From Tubiluchus corallicola (lineage: Eukaryota; Animalia; Priapulida), in NCBI GenBank assembly GCA_030141605.1, contig JAQGDQ010000016.1, forward strand, positions 622,282 through 686,281: 64,000 bases of DNA. The letters are read 5' to 3'. The translations under genes and the position numbers were made by a program. Of the stretch, positions 1 to 15,635 are shown piece by piece (position 1 is the stretch's first letter; each line of letters begins with the position of its first letter). The notes under the pieces were generated by a model. The model saw only the letters and a program-made list of their open reading frames with translations. It made no database searches and had not been told where the DNA came from.

Positions 1-608
1 AAACTGGTTTCCTTTTAAACAGGTCATGTGACCAGACTTTTACCTGTACACTTACCTGTAGATTGGAGTAACTCAGGCGTTCACACACTGCAGTGACAAA
101 TTGTTTAGCGTCAGTCATTGATTTGTTGTTATAATTTCATAATTACACTTACAGAAGATCACCATGTAAGTTGATTTCTTAATTTCTTAAATGTTGAACT
201 TTGTTTATTAAAAAGACTAGAGATTAGATTGTATAATTTACCTAAAAGTTTGTTGAAGTTAATTAGATCAATTTAGTTTAGATTTCGCCGTAAAATTGAG
301 TAAATTTATCTTATTTGTTTTTAGATTAAACGATACAAGCTACACAATTATGTTGTTGGAGTTTTTTTTATAAGAAGATAGCACATATATGATGTGGAAA
401 AACTTTTATGAAGATCCTGCAGTACCATTTAGAAAAAAATTATGTCACTCTTTGATGTGGGATATCAACACTATGTTCCCCCAAAATTCTCTTACATTAC
501 TTCTATGTAGAATCTCGTAGCCATTACGTAGGATAAATTGTTAGAATGTCAGTTCTTCCTCTCAGGATGTCAAGGCCACATTATTTCATTTTAGGGAAAA
601 ATATATCT

Positions 609-2419
<1,811 letters not shown>

Positions 2420-5400
2420 CTATAATTGTTTGGGAAACAACATAGGATGTTTTAGCTATGATAACTTATACTGAATGAGTAACATACAGTAGGCCACAGT
2501 AATGTGAACAAACCGTTATGTTTCAATACTTTTAATTTGTTTTTTATATGACCCAAAACAAAAAAGCAAAAACGTAATATGATGGAAAAGCTTAAAACGC
2601 AAAAAACGTTACGAATGTTTACATACATGCAAAAATTAAAAAAGTTGACATACGGTGCAGGTTTCTGTGATGAAAGACCATTTTGTCTTTGCAGTGACGT
2701 TTCCTTGAACCAGAAAAAACCAGTTCAAACTAAAAGACCATGGAAAGGGCGAAATCCTCCGCTACCTTGAACACTTTTGCAAAAGCTTGTTGCTACAAAT
2801 TGTGTTCAGTTGAGCAATGAGCATGTTCAGATTTTGAACTTATTGATTTTTCTGCTTTTCAAGGTTAACGGGTTGTGTAATATTTATTGAAGAAACAAAG
2901 TTTGGATAGTCGGATTAAACACAAACAAAAAACATTTAATAGTTTCCAGACCTGAAACACCTCCTGATACGTACACTCCTAAAGCAACTGCCACACTCCA
3001 ACCTATGTTGATTGAAAGAAACTCTCCAAATTCTCCTTTGCTGAGCACAGATTGGGCAACAGCTGCATCGCCTATAACCTAAATATAAAGTACAAACTAT
3101 ACTAACTCTACTGCTAATAAAAAAACTTTACAAAATAAATGGCAACTTGTTTTCTAATCTGCCCAGCTACTGTGCTGCCCAGCAACGTAGTAGCAAACTC
3201 CTATTTACCATCTTCAATTGCTGACCTTTCGTTTTTTAAATGTTAAACATCAGTATGTTCTTTTGATACTTGTAAGGTCATTAACAGTTCATGTAAATTT
3301 CTACTCCTCAAGTAAAAATATCTATAATTTGACAGGTTTTCCCCCAAATCAGAATAAGAAAAACACTGGTCCTTATAATATCAAATAAACGCACATCACT
3401 GTGCATCACTGCACAGCGCTAACAGTAAATAAAAAATTAACTTACTTTCAATTACATTCAACGTTCAATTGCTTCGTTACATCATCACATCACATTATTC
3501 ACCTCACTGTTTCAACAAGTTTTTCGCTGAGGCTGAATTAGTTATTTCACCTAAATTATTTTTGGACGTTTTTGTACGAGTTTTGCAAAATTTATATTCC
3601 TTATTTTAAGAAAACTGTAAGCTCCTTAGCATTGGCTCATCAATGGTGGATGCTGGATGCAGTAAGCCTATCACGACTTCCGCAGTCGACATTTTATCCA
3701 ACCTGTATCTTCGACTTTCTTTAACATTTTGTCTAAGCACCATCAGCACACGAAATGTTTAAATAACTTTTTCAGAGCCTTGGGATAGTTCTATGGCTCT
3801 TTGGAAAAAAGAAGGTTTGCCCTACCAGACAAGACTGCGTGTTCGACAATCATTCTAAAAGCTTTAAAAACGTGTTATTGAACCTAACACTAACTATGAA
3901 AGAACTTACCACTAACATAAACGTGCCTAGGAACTCGGCCAGGCACTCCCTTCCCAGGGAGTCATGTATCCGCAACACTCCCTTCAAATTTGTCCGCCAT
4001 CCCATTTTATTTATTTTACACGGGAAATCTGCTGTCTGTGCAATCAGTAGTTCAGTTCAGTAACTTTGATTTTTCTGCAAATTTCTAATAAGCATAACAA
4101 GTAACAAAATCCTAAACGATACTAGTGTACACGCATCTGTGCTGTACAAACGTTCCCAACATAATGCAACTTTGAAAGGGTGGATTCAATGGAAGCGAAT
4201 ACCTTCTAATACCGTTTGCATCATTTTATAGTTTATATAAAAGAGGTAGGCGATTGTTCAGTTTTGTTTTCTCTGTTTCATTAATAATTTGTTTCACATG
4301 CTTTTTCAGCTTATTATGGTTTGGTCTATTTTGTTTATGACGACATCCACCCCCAGTCGAAAACTGAATGTCTAACATTGGCGCTGTGTAATTACTACTG
4401 ATAAGCGGTACAGAGGTCGGGTTCGTTGTGCGTGTTTTCGATATCGATCACGGTCCACAAGCTGTATCAAATAAGAATAAAAATAACGTCATTAAACGCT
4501 TTGATTGGAATGTTTTTTATATACTTCGGCACACTGCAAGCCGGAATGCAGCACTCAAAGACAGGACCTGCTCTATGAGATGTTTGTGGCGTGATGGAGT
4601 CTAGCTCGCTATCAATAAAATCCTTGTAAGATGCGCCACTGAACAGTCAGTCTCGTTCAGATGTGTATATACATGTTCCCTCCACGAGGAAACAGCTAAA
4701 CTTTACGAATGAAGCGAATTAATAGAAACAATGGGAAAGCGCTCGTACTTATTCCACCCAGCCACAAATCGACATGACATTGTAACGAAAGTAAACAAAA
4801 ACGATATTTCATTGTTAATTTTTTACTTTTTTCTCGATTGTACTCTAAAATTGTATAAAATTCGCACTTTTTCTAAAATCCACTTAATATATAGATAATA
4901 TATAATAATAATATGTAATATAGATATATAAATCCATTTAGTATATATGCAACAACATGACTACCACAAAAAGAATCTTAAAGATACTAATATAACTGAA
5001 AAGGTCGTCGGTTATTACAAAGTTGATGATCAAACTTGAAAACTTGTATTCGTTCTCCAACATTTAATTTGCTTTTGATGGTATGACTGATGTCAATGAA
5101 ATTACATAGTCATCTACTTTTCGGCATTATTACTGGTCATCATCTGTTAATTTTTCTGGTGTCTTTTGTGACAGGAAAAATTTCAAAGTTAGAACAAGTT
5201 TTGAACAACATGTTCTTCAGGTTGTTATTTCTGACTTCGTTTTTACAGTTTAACAAGGAACCAATAGAGGTTTCTTGCGACTACTCATAAAAACTGTATT
5301 AGTATTAATTTGAGGTTTAGGTATAAGTTTTCTACATTTCCCAAATTTTATTTTTTGTCCTTCAAATTATACTTCACGATTTTCTTCTGCGTGTAATGTT

Positions 5401-6354
5401 CCAGTTTCTTCAACAAGTTTCCTATAATGTTGATAATAACTTCAAAATCGTTGTTTTAGTAAAATGCTCGGATTTTTTGTGTAGAAGAATTTATTTTCCA
5501 TTAGTATTAACTTCAGCTATAACCACAACCAGTGAAAAGCAAAAGATTTTTCCTTAACAGCTTTGTAAGGTAAAACAAGATAATCTTGATAAAAACACTG
5601 ATAGTACTGATACGTCAATTAAGTTAATATATAACCGCAAGCTGTAAGAGCATATCATCGACAAAGACATTTAAAGTGGTCTTCAATACATATTGAAAAA
5701 GGCCTACGAAACTGGCGCACGATAAGGAAAACAAAGTTCGATCCATTTTAAGCAAACAATAATCTTTTCACTAACTTATTTTTTAATTTGTGAAGATTCT
5801 TTAGAATTTTCTAACCATTCAAGCCGTCATCTCACATCATTTGCATGTCATCTCAACGCCAATGCATTGTTTTATATGTTTCCATCGTTCTGCACGTTTG
5901 CCTTGTTTTGGTCATGAAGCTTCTCCAGGCTCTCCTCTTTTGACCGCTCGGTAGCCATGACAAACTTCATCCCGATCAACTTATTCACTTGGCTAACTAA
6001 AGAAAACAATCAAGTAAACAAGTCAAATGCCTTCACTTTCATACTGAAAACTAGCCGAGGTATTTACCCATTGCTGAGGTTAGTACTTATTACGTGTGTA
6101 AACCTTGAATTAGCTTCGTAGTGATTTGCTCAAGATCGACTGCTTTATGTCATTTACACTGTTTGGCGTGATTCAGCTACTAAATCAGATGAGTTCTTGA
6201 GTTGCTTTTGCTCCTTTGTATTATAGCATTACTTGAAATTTCTTGCGTAGAACCAATTAGTGCGAAAGCATGTGTCTAGATATGAAATCTCCAGGGCGGT
6301 TTTTGAAGAAGGCGTGTCAGCCGTTTAGATGTTCTAGGGACATCCTCAGCTAAT

Positions 6355-7470
6355 GTAGGTAAAAATGGCACAGGAAAAATGCCATGATAAAGATGACACA
6401 GGAAAAAATGGCACAAATGGAAAAGTGAGTAAAAATGGCACAGGAAAAAAATGGCACAAATGAAAAAGTAGGAAAAAGTGGCACACTTATAGTAAAATAC
6501 GTGTTTAGGGTAAGGGTTACAGTGGAAGATAATTAGTTTAGTTATTTCTACCTTTGCCAAGGACGTTATGCTTCAACACAGTTTGGTTGTTTTTTGGTTG
6601 GTTGGTTACTTTTTGTCTGTTATGGCAGCAACCATATTACGCCAAGACAATCTAACAAATTTCCAAGAAACTTTATGAAAAAGGTGGGTATAGGGTGCCA
6701 AAATGGAAATCTTATCCCCTGTTCTTTCTTCGCAAAACTTGATCGAACACCAGGAAGAAAACAAAATCGTAAAGCACTTCGTGGAGGTCTCAGAGGGAGT
6801 TTTTAGTACGAGTTAATTCCAGGCCCATTTCGAGAAATTCTCTCTTGTAAAGCTGTGTAACGCTGTCTATAACCTTTGCTATTAATCCGTATAGCCTTAT
6901 AAGGCGACTTGGTATGTAAATGTCAGTCTATTGCCACCGCCAAAATTAATGGTTAAAAATGTAAATAAACACTATGTGGAACCTACGCGTATTATAAATC
7001 TATTTAATGAACAAGTATTTTCTGAGTCTTTTGCCAGTTTATATAATACCAATACAGGTACATCTTTGTGTGTTTGCTTGTTTATCTTTGTGTTACATTT
7101 TTTTTAATCAGACGAATAAGTTCAGGATTGTTCGGCTTTGGCAGAGATCTGCTTCTTACTGAGCGCGTTTTAGTTAGGATTCTGCATATTGCAGAATCTT
7201 CTTGAAACCAACCGCTTATTTGTCAACTTTTATTATTCTCCGCTATGACACTTAATAACTCCAAAACTACACTCCCTAATTTTATTACAGAAATCAATTG
7301 CATCAACTGCGTCATTTTTTCCTACTTTTCCATTCGTGCCATTTTTTCCTGTGTCATTTTTACTTGCACTACTTTTTCCTGTGTCATTTTTGCCGTGCCA
7401 TTTTTCCTGTGCCAATCTTTCCTATTCCATTTTACCGTGCCATTTTTTCTTGTGCCATGTTACCTGTTCC
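6355..7470. repeat. Inverted pair of AAAATGGCAC(AGG) arrays (6355-6490 plus strand, 7310-7470 minus strand)
   Basis: ~15-bp GGAAAAAATGGCAC units and their reverse complement GTGCCATTTTTTCC, typical of MITE-like subterminal arrays. Confidence 0.7.
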
Positions 7471-8559
7471 TTTTTCACTACACACCTTCTCCGCACTTCA
7501 AGAAAAGCTAAGGTGGCAGTCTTAAATATTGTTAAAAGGTTCAAAAGGTGGCCAAATGTCAAAATGGCCAAGTGACCAAGCAATCGCGATATTTCTTAAC
7601 GAATAAAACTTAGTTAGTCCAATTATTGTCAAGGTTTTTCTGTTTTTGCAACTTGAAAGTTTACATTTTCGTTTTGAAAAAGTATTTCAGAATTTTGTAC
7701 CGGAGTCCAAAAATAAAAGTAGAAACATGGGCAAAAATCTAAATAAAAAAGTCTGGCAGCCCATGCTCAAAATAATACCAGTAAAATGAGTTTTGCTCAT
7801 TCAATCTGGTAACCAGCTTTTAATTATTTTAAATGATTGAGTAGACTTTAGTGCTTACTGCCTAGGTGGCACTATTAATTTTCAAGTAGGTGTCATGAGT
7901 GATATTTGTGGGACCATCCTAAAAAGCCGTATTGGTGTAAATTTGTGCATGAAAAGGATGAGGCTACACATTTACAATGTTGTAGCGCAGGCGTTAAAAG
8001 TTTAGCATTTTACCATATTAATTATACTGTTGACTATTATATAGACTATACTTGTATAGTGGAAAAAATTTCAAAGATCCGTCATGGCACACTGCTCTAA
8101 AAACTGCCCCATCTCAAAACAACCCAGAAATTTGTTTACCTACATAAGCCTACATCCTTTTTATCTATATAATTTTCTTTTCCTACTGTAAATTTTTATC
8201 TGTACTGAGACTGTACAGTGTACTACTTTGGACATTGCTCATATGAAATTCCCATAATAGTGGTTGGACATGGGGCATTTTGTGAAGCCATACCCAAAAG
8301 GCTTAAATATATTTAAATTCAAATAAAAGGAGTTATTAATAATTCCACTACAATCCAACACTACTCAACTAACCCAGAATAGTGCTACGCATGTAACAAC
8401 AGTGATTATTAAAATCATAAGCCTTCAATGCTTTATTTTGTTGGCATATTATTATAGCCCATTAGCCAAAAAATGCATTTAATGCATTTCAATGTAAAAC
8501 ATTTCTAGACAACAAATAAATAAATAAATCATCACGCGCACACTTTCAGTTTTATAGGC

Positions 8560-9646
8560 CTACAAGAAGTGCTGTACTACATATTGTAAGAAAAATAATG
8601 CTTGTTGTACGTCAAACATGAAATATTTTTGTGTATGGTTTACATGTCCTGTGAAATACGTACTTTCATGGTCATCGTCCAACAAAAACGCGTCATTAAC
8701 CATTCCTTTCACGTGCTGCTGCGTAGTGCTCAAGCCAGCAACCTTTCGTGGCTGACGTGTCACGTCTGGCCAGTGAATCCCAACGCAGCAATTATAAACC
8801 CAAGCACCTGTTACTGCACCAATGTGTGGTCCAATTACAGGTATCCAGAACCTCAACCAGCGATTATAGCTAAAATACGTGAACTTTATGAAAACAATGC
8901 ATTACAAATATCAGGGTTGTAATAAAATCAATAAATCTTAACAGCAAGAACAATTGCATTTTTTTCTACTTTTTACTTTTTCTTTGCTTTTCTATTCTTT
9001 TCCTTTCTTTTCTTTTCTTGGTGGTTGGTGCTGTTGCTGTCGTCATCATCATCGTCGTCGTCGTCAACGTCAACGTTGCAGCAACCGCTAAAACATTATA
9101 TTCTTAACATACTAAGCTAATTAGTAGTGGGGCAAAATATAAATCAACAAGAAGTACTTCTACATAAGCATCTACCACACACGTAAACGATTCAGACTAC
9201 CATGGTTTTTCAAGCGACGTCGCTGCCGTAAACACCAACCAGCTAACAACATCGAGAATGCCATTCATCAGAATTTACAATTATGTAAAAAAAGCTAATT
9301 GAGTAGTATAATATCTCAAACACAAAAAATAAAAAAAAGACGTTTTTGCTCATGGCTTAATCGTTTCAGAAAACTATCAATGCAAAAAGGTAGCTATTAG
9401 CTTGCTAAAAAATTGAAATCTGGACCCCACTGCAACACGTCTACTGTAAAATGCAAACTTACAAGACTTCAAAAATCGCTGTGAGTTTTAATTTGTGCGT
9501 AAATTTACCAAAATAGACTCCACAAACTGCTACAGCTCCAACAAATGCTCCGAGGTACTGGCACAGCCAGTAAAAGTAAACTTTGTACAGTGGCATCCGA
9601 CCTAGGATAGCTATAGCACCAGTTACGGCTGGATTGATATGACCGC
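8560..9646 (-). pseudogene. Incomplete aquaglyceroporin (AQP3/7/9/10-like): exons 9646-9509 and 8869-8560
   Basis: A 138-nt exon GGHINPAVTGAIAILGRMPLYKVYFYWLCQYLGAFVGA (first NPA) with AG/GT ends, and a terminal exon YNRWLRFWIPVIGPHIGAVTGAWVY...IHWP. I found no second NPA(R) exon and no N-terminal exons, and the two exons do not join in frame. Confidence 0.7.
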
Positions 9647-10779
9647 CTATACAAAAAACAATCGTTAGACTTTTACACATATGTGGTTTTATTTTTGAGG
9701 GTTTAACGTCCGAATGAATTGGTCTTGGTGTCCTCATGTAAGCTATCCGGTAGACAGTTTCTTCTTTTCTATGCAATTCGCAATCCCGCACTCAACGGCA
9801 GATACTAGTACTACTACTGTTAAATTTGTTTAAGCCTTATGGGGACATCACCTGCTCATCTCTAAAAATAATCTTCCAAGTTTAGACACGAACAGCTGAA
9901 CAACTTACAGTAACATCCTGCAGGTGCTGCCATCGTACGTCAATGTTGAAAATGGCAGACAACACTAATGTTGTTGTTATTATAATGTATGCAGTTGGGA
10001 GCTTTAAAAAGCTTATTTTGTCTTACGAAAAATTTAATGTCAGCTGTCGTGCTTTTAAACATAGTCATAAGGCATTCGATGATTTTAATGTCTGTAATGT
10101 TATGACAGTACCATAACTGTCCTTTCAAATGGATTGGGTAGGCAGTCTACAGATGTTTTAAGATTCTCGGGCAAATTTTTAAAGCGCACTTCAAGACTAA
10201 GGTTACGTAGTATTGCTTTTTTACCCGTATAATTTGCACATGTTATTTTCTTCTTCGTCACAATTTTTGCACTTGCAGCATAGTACGTTGCCTCATTTTC
10301 CGCTCCTCTTTGGTGCTTCTGATAAAGCGTGCATAGGTCAACCTCTACTATTCCCGAGCGTTAGTTGTGTTACTGTTAACACGTAAAATCAAGAAGTTGT
10401 CAAATAATGTTGCACCAGATAATTAAACATGGCTCAATTTTTGTTGTAACAGAAAGCCATTCAATTTTATCAAAGACATGTATTCAAAGTTACTTACTAA
10501 AGGTACTTACTAACACCTAACAACTATCTTGCATTCATCTAGAATTCTATGACCATGGAGTTTCACCAACCGACTTGTCTACTGGAATGGCAGATGGTAT
10601 GGTAGACCACAAAGGGGCTTCGCTATTTTATGGCAAAAAATCTTCCTGTTACCAGTAAAATACTTACCTGTTATGACGATTGCAGAATAATGGGTATATT
10701 TCTTTCATTTCCTCGTAAATTAATGCCACTTGTTTTAATTTATGTTTACTTTACACATGAAGCTGATAATAATTTGATG

Positions 10780-11900
10780 AATTTAGGTATTGTCTAGGGC
10801 TCTAGACAATCTCGTCTCCATTGTTGATACTATAGAGTCTAGCTATATTTGTTCCTTCGGGGACTTCAACGAGCTAAGTGAAACGTGTAATGCTAATGAC
10901 AAGTTTTTCATTTACGTTTGTTAGTGTAGCCCACAACTCTGGCTTGACCATGTAATTAGCACTACGACTATGGATTCTTCAATTGGAGATATCTGTGTGA
11001 ATTATGAATTTACAAGTTCACATCACATGCCCTTATTACTAAACGTGCATAAATCGAATAGTTTTATCACTTAATGGTGGGGCTACAGTCACTGTAAATG
11101 ATGTTTTGAATGGCCAAGTGTCATGTGATTCGGTCACATCTTATAAACCAATAGTGCCCCTTTTTTATGGTTGACTGGGAGAAAGCGGAAGTAATCATCT
11201 CCTCGAATACCAAACAATGACACAGTCTTTGCTCTCTGAAATTATTGTCCCGTATGAGGCAATTTGTTGTGGTGGCATTCACTGGCAGAACCCTGATCAT
11301 CAATCGTCTATGATGCACGATGCAATTATATCTGTGCTGCATTTTGCAGCTCATAATACACGGCCTAGTTATAAGCGTTCACAAAATCATGAACGTATTA
11401 AGGATAAAATAATACCTGGCTGGAACGAATTCGTTTCACAAAAATACAGGCAAATTCGTCATTGGTTTTTAAATTGGTGTGCGAATGACAAGCCTCGGAA
11501 CGGGTTCATCGCTAATGAAATGCGCCCGAAACTTTCTCGTTTCAAACTTGCGTTGCGTGAATGCAATGTCCAAGAGAAAATCAACTGTCACAGATAAAAT
11601 TAGTGCATGCGTATGAACTGTAATTCTTGTGAATTTTGAGCCATGACAAAAAGTAAAATTAATACAAAAATTTCTCTACCTCCTAAAATAGACGAAATAG
11701 GCGAAAGGGTTATACGTGATATGTGGGGGAGCATTTAAAGAAATTTTAAATTCTGCACATAAAGTTGATCTTGCGGCAAAACTAAATGTCAAGTTAAGTA
11801 GCAAATGGGGTGCTGTGAGTTCTTTTACTGTGAGAGAAGTGCAAAAGGCTAGAGTACCCAGAGAAGTATCCTGATGTTTTATACTTTGATATAATACATG
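10780..11900 (+). mobile_element. Decayed non-LTR retrotransposon (endonuclease end plus linker, L2/CR1-like)
   Basis: Frameshifted motifs GDFN (~10859), WLDHVIST (~10940), SHHMPL, then IPGWNEFV...WFLNWCANDKPRNG...SRFKLALR. Boundaries approximate. Confidence 0.7.
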
Positions 11901-12082
11901 GGAAAACTGCATATAGTTTATATAGTAGAGTAATGGAAAGTTCAAATCCCATAAAAGCGTTGAATAGCAGTGACGTATTTTTCACTTCAGACGTAAGAGA
12001 TCAATGGAGGAAAGTATTATGCAGAAATTACGGGAGACGATTCAGGCTTGAAGCATCGTATTTTGTATATCTTTTGTACTGT

Positions 12083-12225
<143 letters not shown>

Positions 12226-12737
12226 CAACTGCTTATATATAGCAACCATAACTACCAGTAAAACATTGAATTCCTGTTTTTTCCTCCAGGCAGATATCAT
12301 GGCGCTCATAAGACAATAGTGCTAACTTAATCGCTTTTAGTAATGTATACAATGTTTTAATCATTAAGTAGTAGTTATACCATGGTATTTTATTTACAGC
12401 TCAGTGTTTTATTTAAAACTGGACTACACTTGTGGCTTAGTGCACTAAGTTAAGTTGTATACAGGTATAGGTCCGCTGAATTCGGAAACTATTTACAATG
12501 ATTTTTTTTATTTCGTGCATCTGATTTGCTTGTGTCTTGTTAGCGCAGGTCACTCCAGCACTTTTAACTTTGTATCATTTATTTGTGCGTTATTATTTTG
12601 TTAAAAGTGTAAGTTAAATTCAACTCATTTCCATACAAAACCAGACAATTTATTTTACTTAAATACTTAACAAAGCCGCTATTCGACAGTAAAAGTATCA
12701 GTATTAATATATTTTGCTATCAAGGACAACATATTTG

Positions 12738-13835
12738 CTAATATATTTTATCATCACGAGTTGTGTTTTTTATTGCATCCAATAAGTCTGATGTTAACTT
12801 ATCATTGTCAATGAGATAATTGGCGGTGTCTTCCAAAAGGTCAAACAATTTGTCTGCTAACGCCTGTGGAAGACATAGCTCTGATGCTGCTAGGTTTTGC
12901 TCCTCCGCTAAGCAATTGGTCGGAGTCATCACAACTGCGTTACTTCCCAATTTAAGTTCTTCTTTTCGCCAAGTTATCAAATTGCCAGTAAGATTATAGC
13001 AAGTATTAGAAAGGATATCTATTTCATCAGTTAGCAAATCACTTGAAAACATATTCAGGCCGGATAGAGTCCCTTCAAATTTTGCATGTGGGCTAAATCG
13101 GTCACAATCACCAGCATGTAGCTGTCCGAAAACGAAATCGCCACCTGATGGGGTTGACTCGTCTCCTGGAGGTCCTATTGTGACAGCGCCTACTAAACTG
13201 CCAGAAATGTAAATTTTCAATGTTCCTGCTTTTCTAGTTATGCAAAAATGGACGGGATCCTCCGTGTTTTCTATTACACTTACATCAACCGTTGATGTTG
13301 CAGTTTTGTCATTCATAAAAACCGTAAGATTGCCGTTGTTTATAAAAAGTTGAAATGCTTGTACCGCAGAATGTAGGCAGTAACTCATTAAAGGCACGAC
13401 AACTCCAGGGGTTATTGTTATCCAAGCACAAATAGAAAACTCCGTTAGATCAGTAGCTGGAGATTTAAAGCGTACAAAGCTACTTGTTGTACCTGCTAGT
13501 TCTACGTAAAAGTCTTCGCATGGTATGTAATCAGTATTTTTAAGAAAAAAGTCCAGATTTGCTTGTATGCGGGACACTTCAGCCTCGTCTGCTAAATATG
13601 AACCAGCCAATTCTTCATTAAGATGTTTACTAACATCAAAGTTCTGCTCTTTACCGTAATTATATATTTCTTTCAATGGACCCAGTACCACATTCGTTAT
13701 CCGTTCAAATATGTTTGTATTTTCAACTTCTCGCTTCTTTCTCATGTTAGAAAAATCTGCGTCTACTAGACAGTAATGCGAACTAAGCAGAACCATAAAT
13801 ATACATGCAATAAACAAAAAAATCGGTTTTTCCAT
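12738..13835 (-). CDS. Intronless secreted pentraxin/LamG-domain protein (365 aa from the ATG at 13835)
   Basis: Signal peptide MEKPIFLFIACIFMVLLSSHYCLVDA, then RKKR. Pentraxin-like motifs LTEFSICAWI, HFCIT, GGDFVFGQ, FEGTLSGLNMF...DEI and GNLITW. The ORF-track start at 13910 is a non-ATG codon. Confidence 0.8.
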   Translation of the reverse strand: MEKPIFLFIACIFMVLLSSHYCLVDADFSNMRKKREVENTNIFERITNVVLGPLKEIYNYGKEQNFDVSKHLNEELAGSYLADEAEVSRIQANLDFFLKNTDYIPCEDFYVELAGTTSSFVRFKSPATDLTEFSICAWITITPGVVVPLMSYCLHSAVQAFQLFINNGNLTVFMNDKTATSTVDVSVIENTEDPVHFCITRKAGTLKIYISGSLVGAVTIGPPGDESTPSGGDFVFGQLHAGDCDRFSPHAKFEGTLSGLNMFSSDLLTDEIDILSNTCYNLTGNLITWRKEELKLGSNAVVMTPTNCLAEEQNLAASELCLPQALADKLFDLLEDTANYLIDNDKLTSDLLDAIKNTTRDDKIY

Positions 13836-15635
13836 GTCGTCCACAATTTTTCTCGGCCTGTAGAGTTGATTTCTGTCGCAAATTCTCACAAAAATGTATG
13901 TATAGAACACGTATTAGTACAGTGAAAAAACCTTTAGAAACATGGTTTAGTTGCTAGAAGCGCGTTCACACCCAGCACCTTTATTTAATAACAAGCGAAT
14001 GAAATTTATTCAACTAGCGGCTTGCTACAGGTGGCAATAACCTTAAAACCCGGAAATATAAAGAAGCAATTAATCAACGATTGAATATGACAGCGGCGAC
14101 GTGCCTTGGTTATCTAGAAGTACATCTAGAAGGACACTATTCAATAACAAATGAAAGCAAATGAAATTTTTATCGTGTCACCTACCAAGACATAATAATA
14201 TTAAGCTGAAACTTTCCAGCATATCAGTTCAGCAAGCAAATTGCAAGATGTCATCTGTATGCTTTATTAGCTTTGATACAACTTGGGAACCGCTGTAAAG
14301 TGTTCTCGTAAAATTCGCAACGTAACAATTCGTATTTTGCCTTCTCGTTTAGATTAAGACCATTGATTAATTTATAATTAATATAGATTTACACTTTGAT
14401 TCAGACACTAGAATTAAGTCCTAACGGTGTTTATGCTATACAAAAGATGCAAACAGCCAAATTTTGAAACTTTTGATCGTATGTGGCAAATTAATGAAAC
14501 TATAATTTTACTGGTCACGGTAATTTTTCACTTATCCTAAATCACAAATTTTGATCAAATTTTTGGCAGTCAAATGATAAATATGCTACAATTAGGGAAC
14601 GAATACTGTAGCTTGTAGAATTTCGGACATTACTGATTATAAGCAAAGTGTTTTTGCACGATTTTTGCTAGTCCTACTGCTAATTAACGTTTCTTAAGTT
14701 TATTTGAATTTCTTAAAAAATAGGCAAATCTGTATTGACAAATGACAAGAGCTCTTTGAGTGAAGTTACTAGAAATTTTTTTGTCAAGTTAATATTATTG
14801 TTGATGCAGGTCTCTACTTCATATGTCTAAGAGTAGTCAAATTATTTTCATGCAAACAAAATTACCCTAATAAATGTACGCATGGCAAGTATTTTTGTGC
14901 ACGTTTTTATCTCACAAAATAATAAAGAAAGCTCCTGTTATTAGTGAACGTGAATCATTATCTTACATTGATAATTAATATAATTATACAATAATATTTA
15001 TATAAATACCAATACTAAGCTCGAAACCCCTTAGGGAAACCATGCGGGCAAAAGGGCAGATTAAGTAAGTAGGTAGAACATGCTAAAGAAAGAGACAAAG
15101 AGATAAGAGAATTGACTTTAAACTGGGAGAGTAAAAAAAATATAGCATCATTTGATATGGAAAAAAAGTAAAGGAGTATAGGCACGGAAGAAAACATTAG
15201 GCTAAGCGAAAGGAGTGAAATATGAAGATTCCTAACAATCAAAGGACGCTTATCTTACAATCTTATGGTAGTTACATAATACACTGACCTGTCAAAAATC
15301 AAGTCATCATGTAACATTATGAATGATGATAACAAATACGTCATAATTATTTACAATAACAGAATAAAGTATTACAAAAGTCAATGACTATGGCACAAAA
15401 ACCATAAAGAATAATCATTGAATACTTGGAAGCAAAATTGAATAACCAAATGTTTAAGTCAATTGGGGAATGTAATAATCTACCATCAATACTGCTACGT
15501 CTTTGCCACGTCCTGCTGAATAAACACACCAATGGCAACATTCAAGTGATGCCACATGAGAAGACGATGCGAGAAAAACCCAAATGTTTATAATAAATTC
15601 CATAAAAATTGGCTTCATTAGAGAAACCCGATTAT

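Noticed and set aside
6504-6520. TTTAGGGTAAGGGTTA telomere-like motif
   Set aside because: Only two to three degenerate units at the end of a MITE-like array.
6355-7470. Repeat arrays as CRISPR (also 42120-42360, 43437-43800)
   Set aside because: Eukaryotic context, degenerate units, no unique fixed-length spacers, no cas genes.
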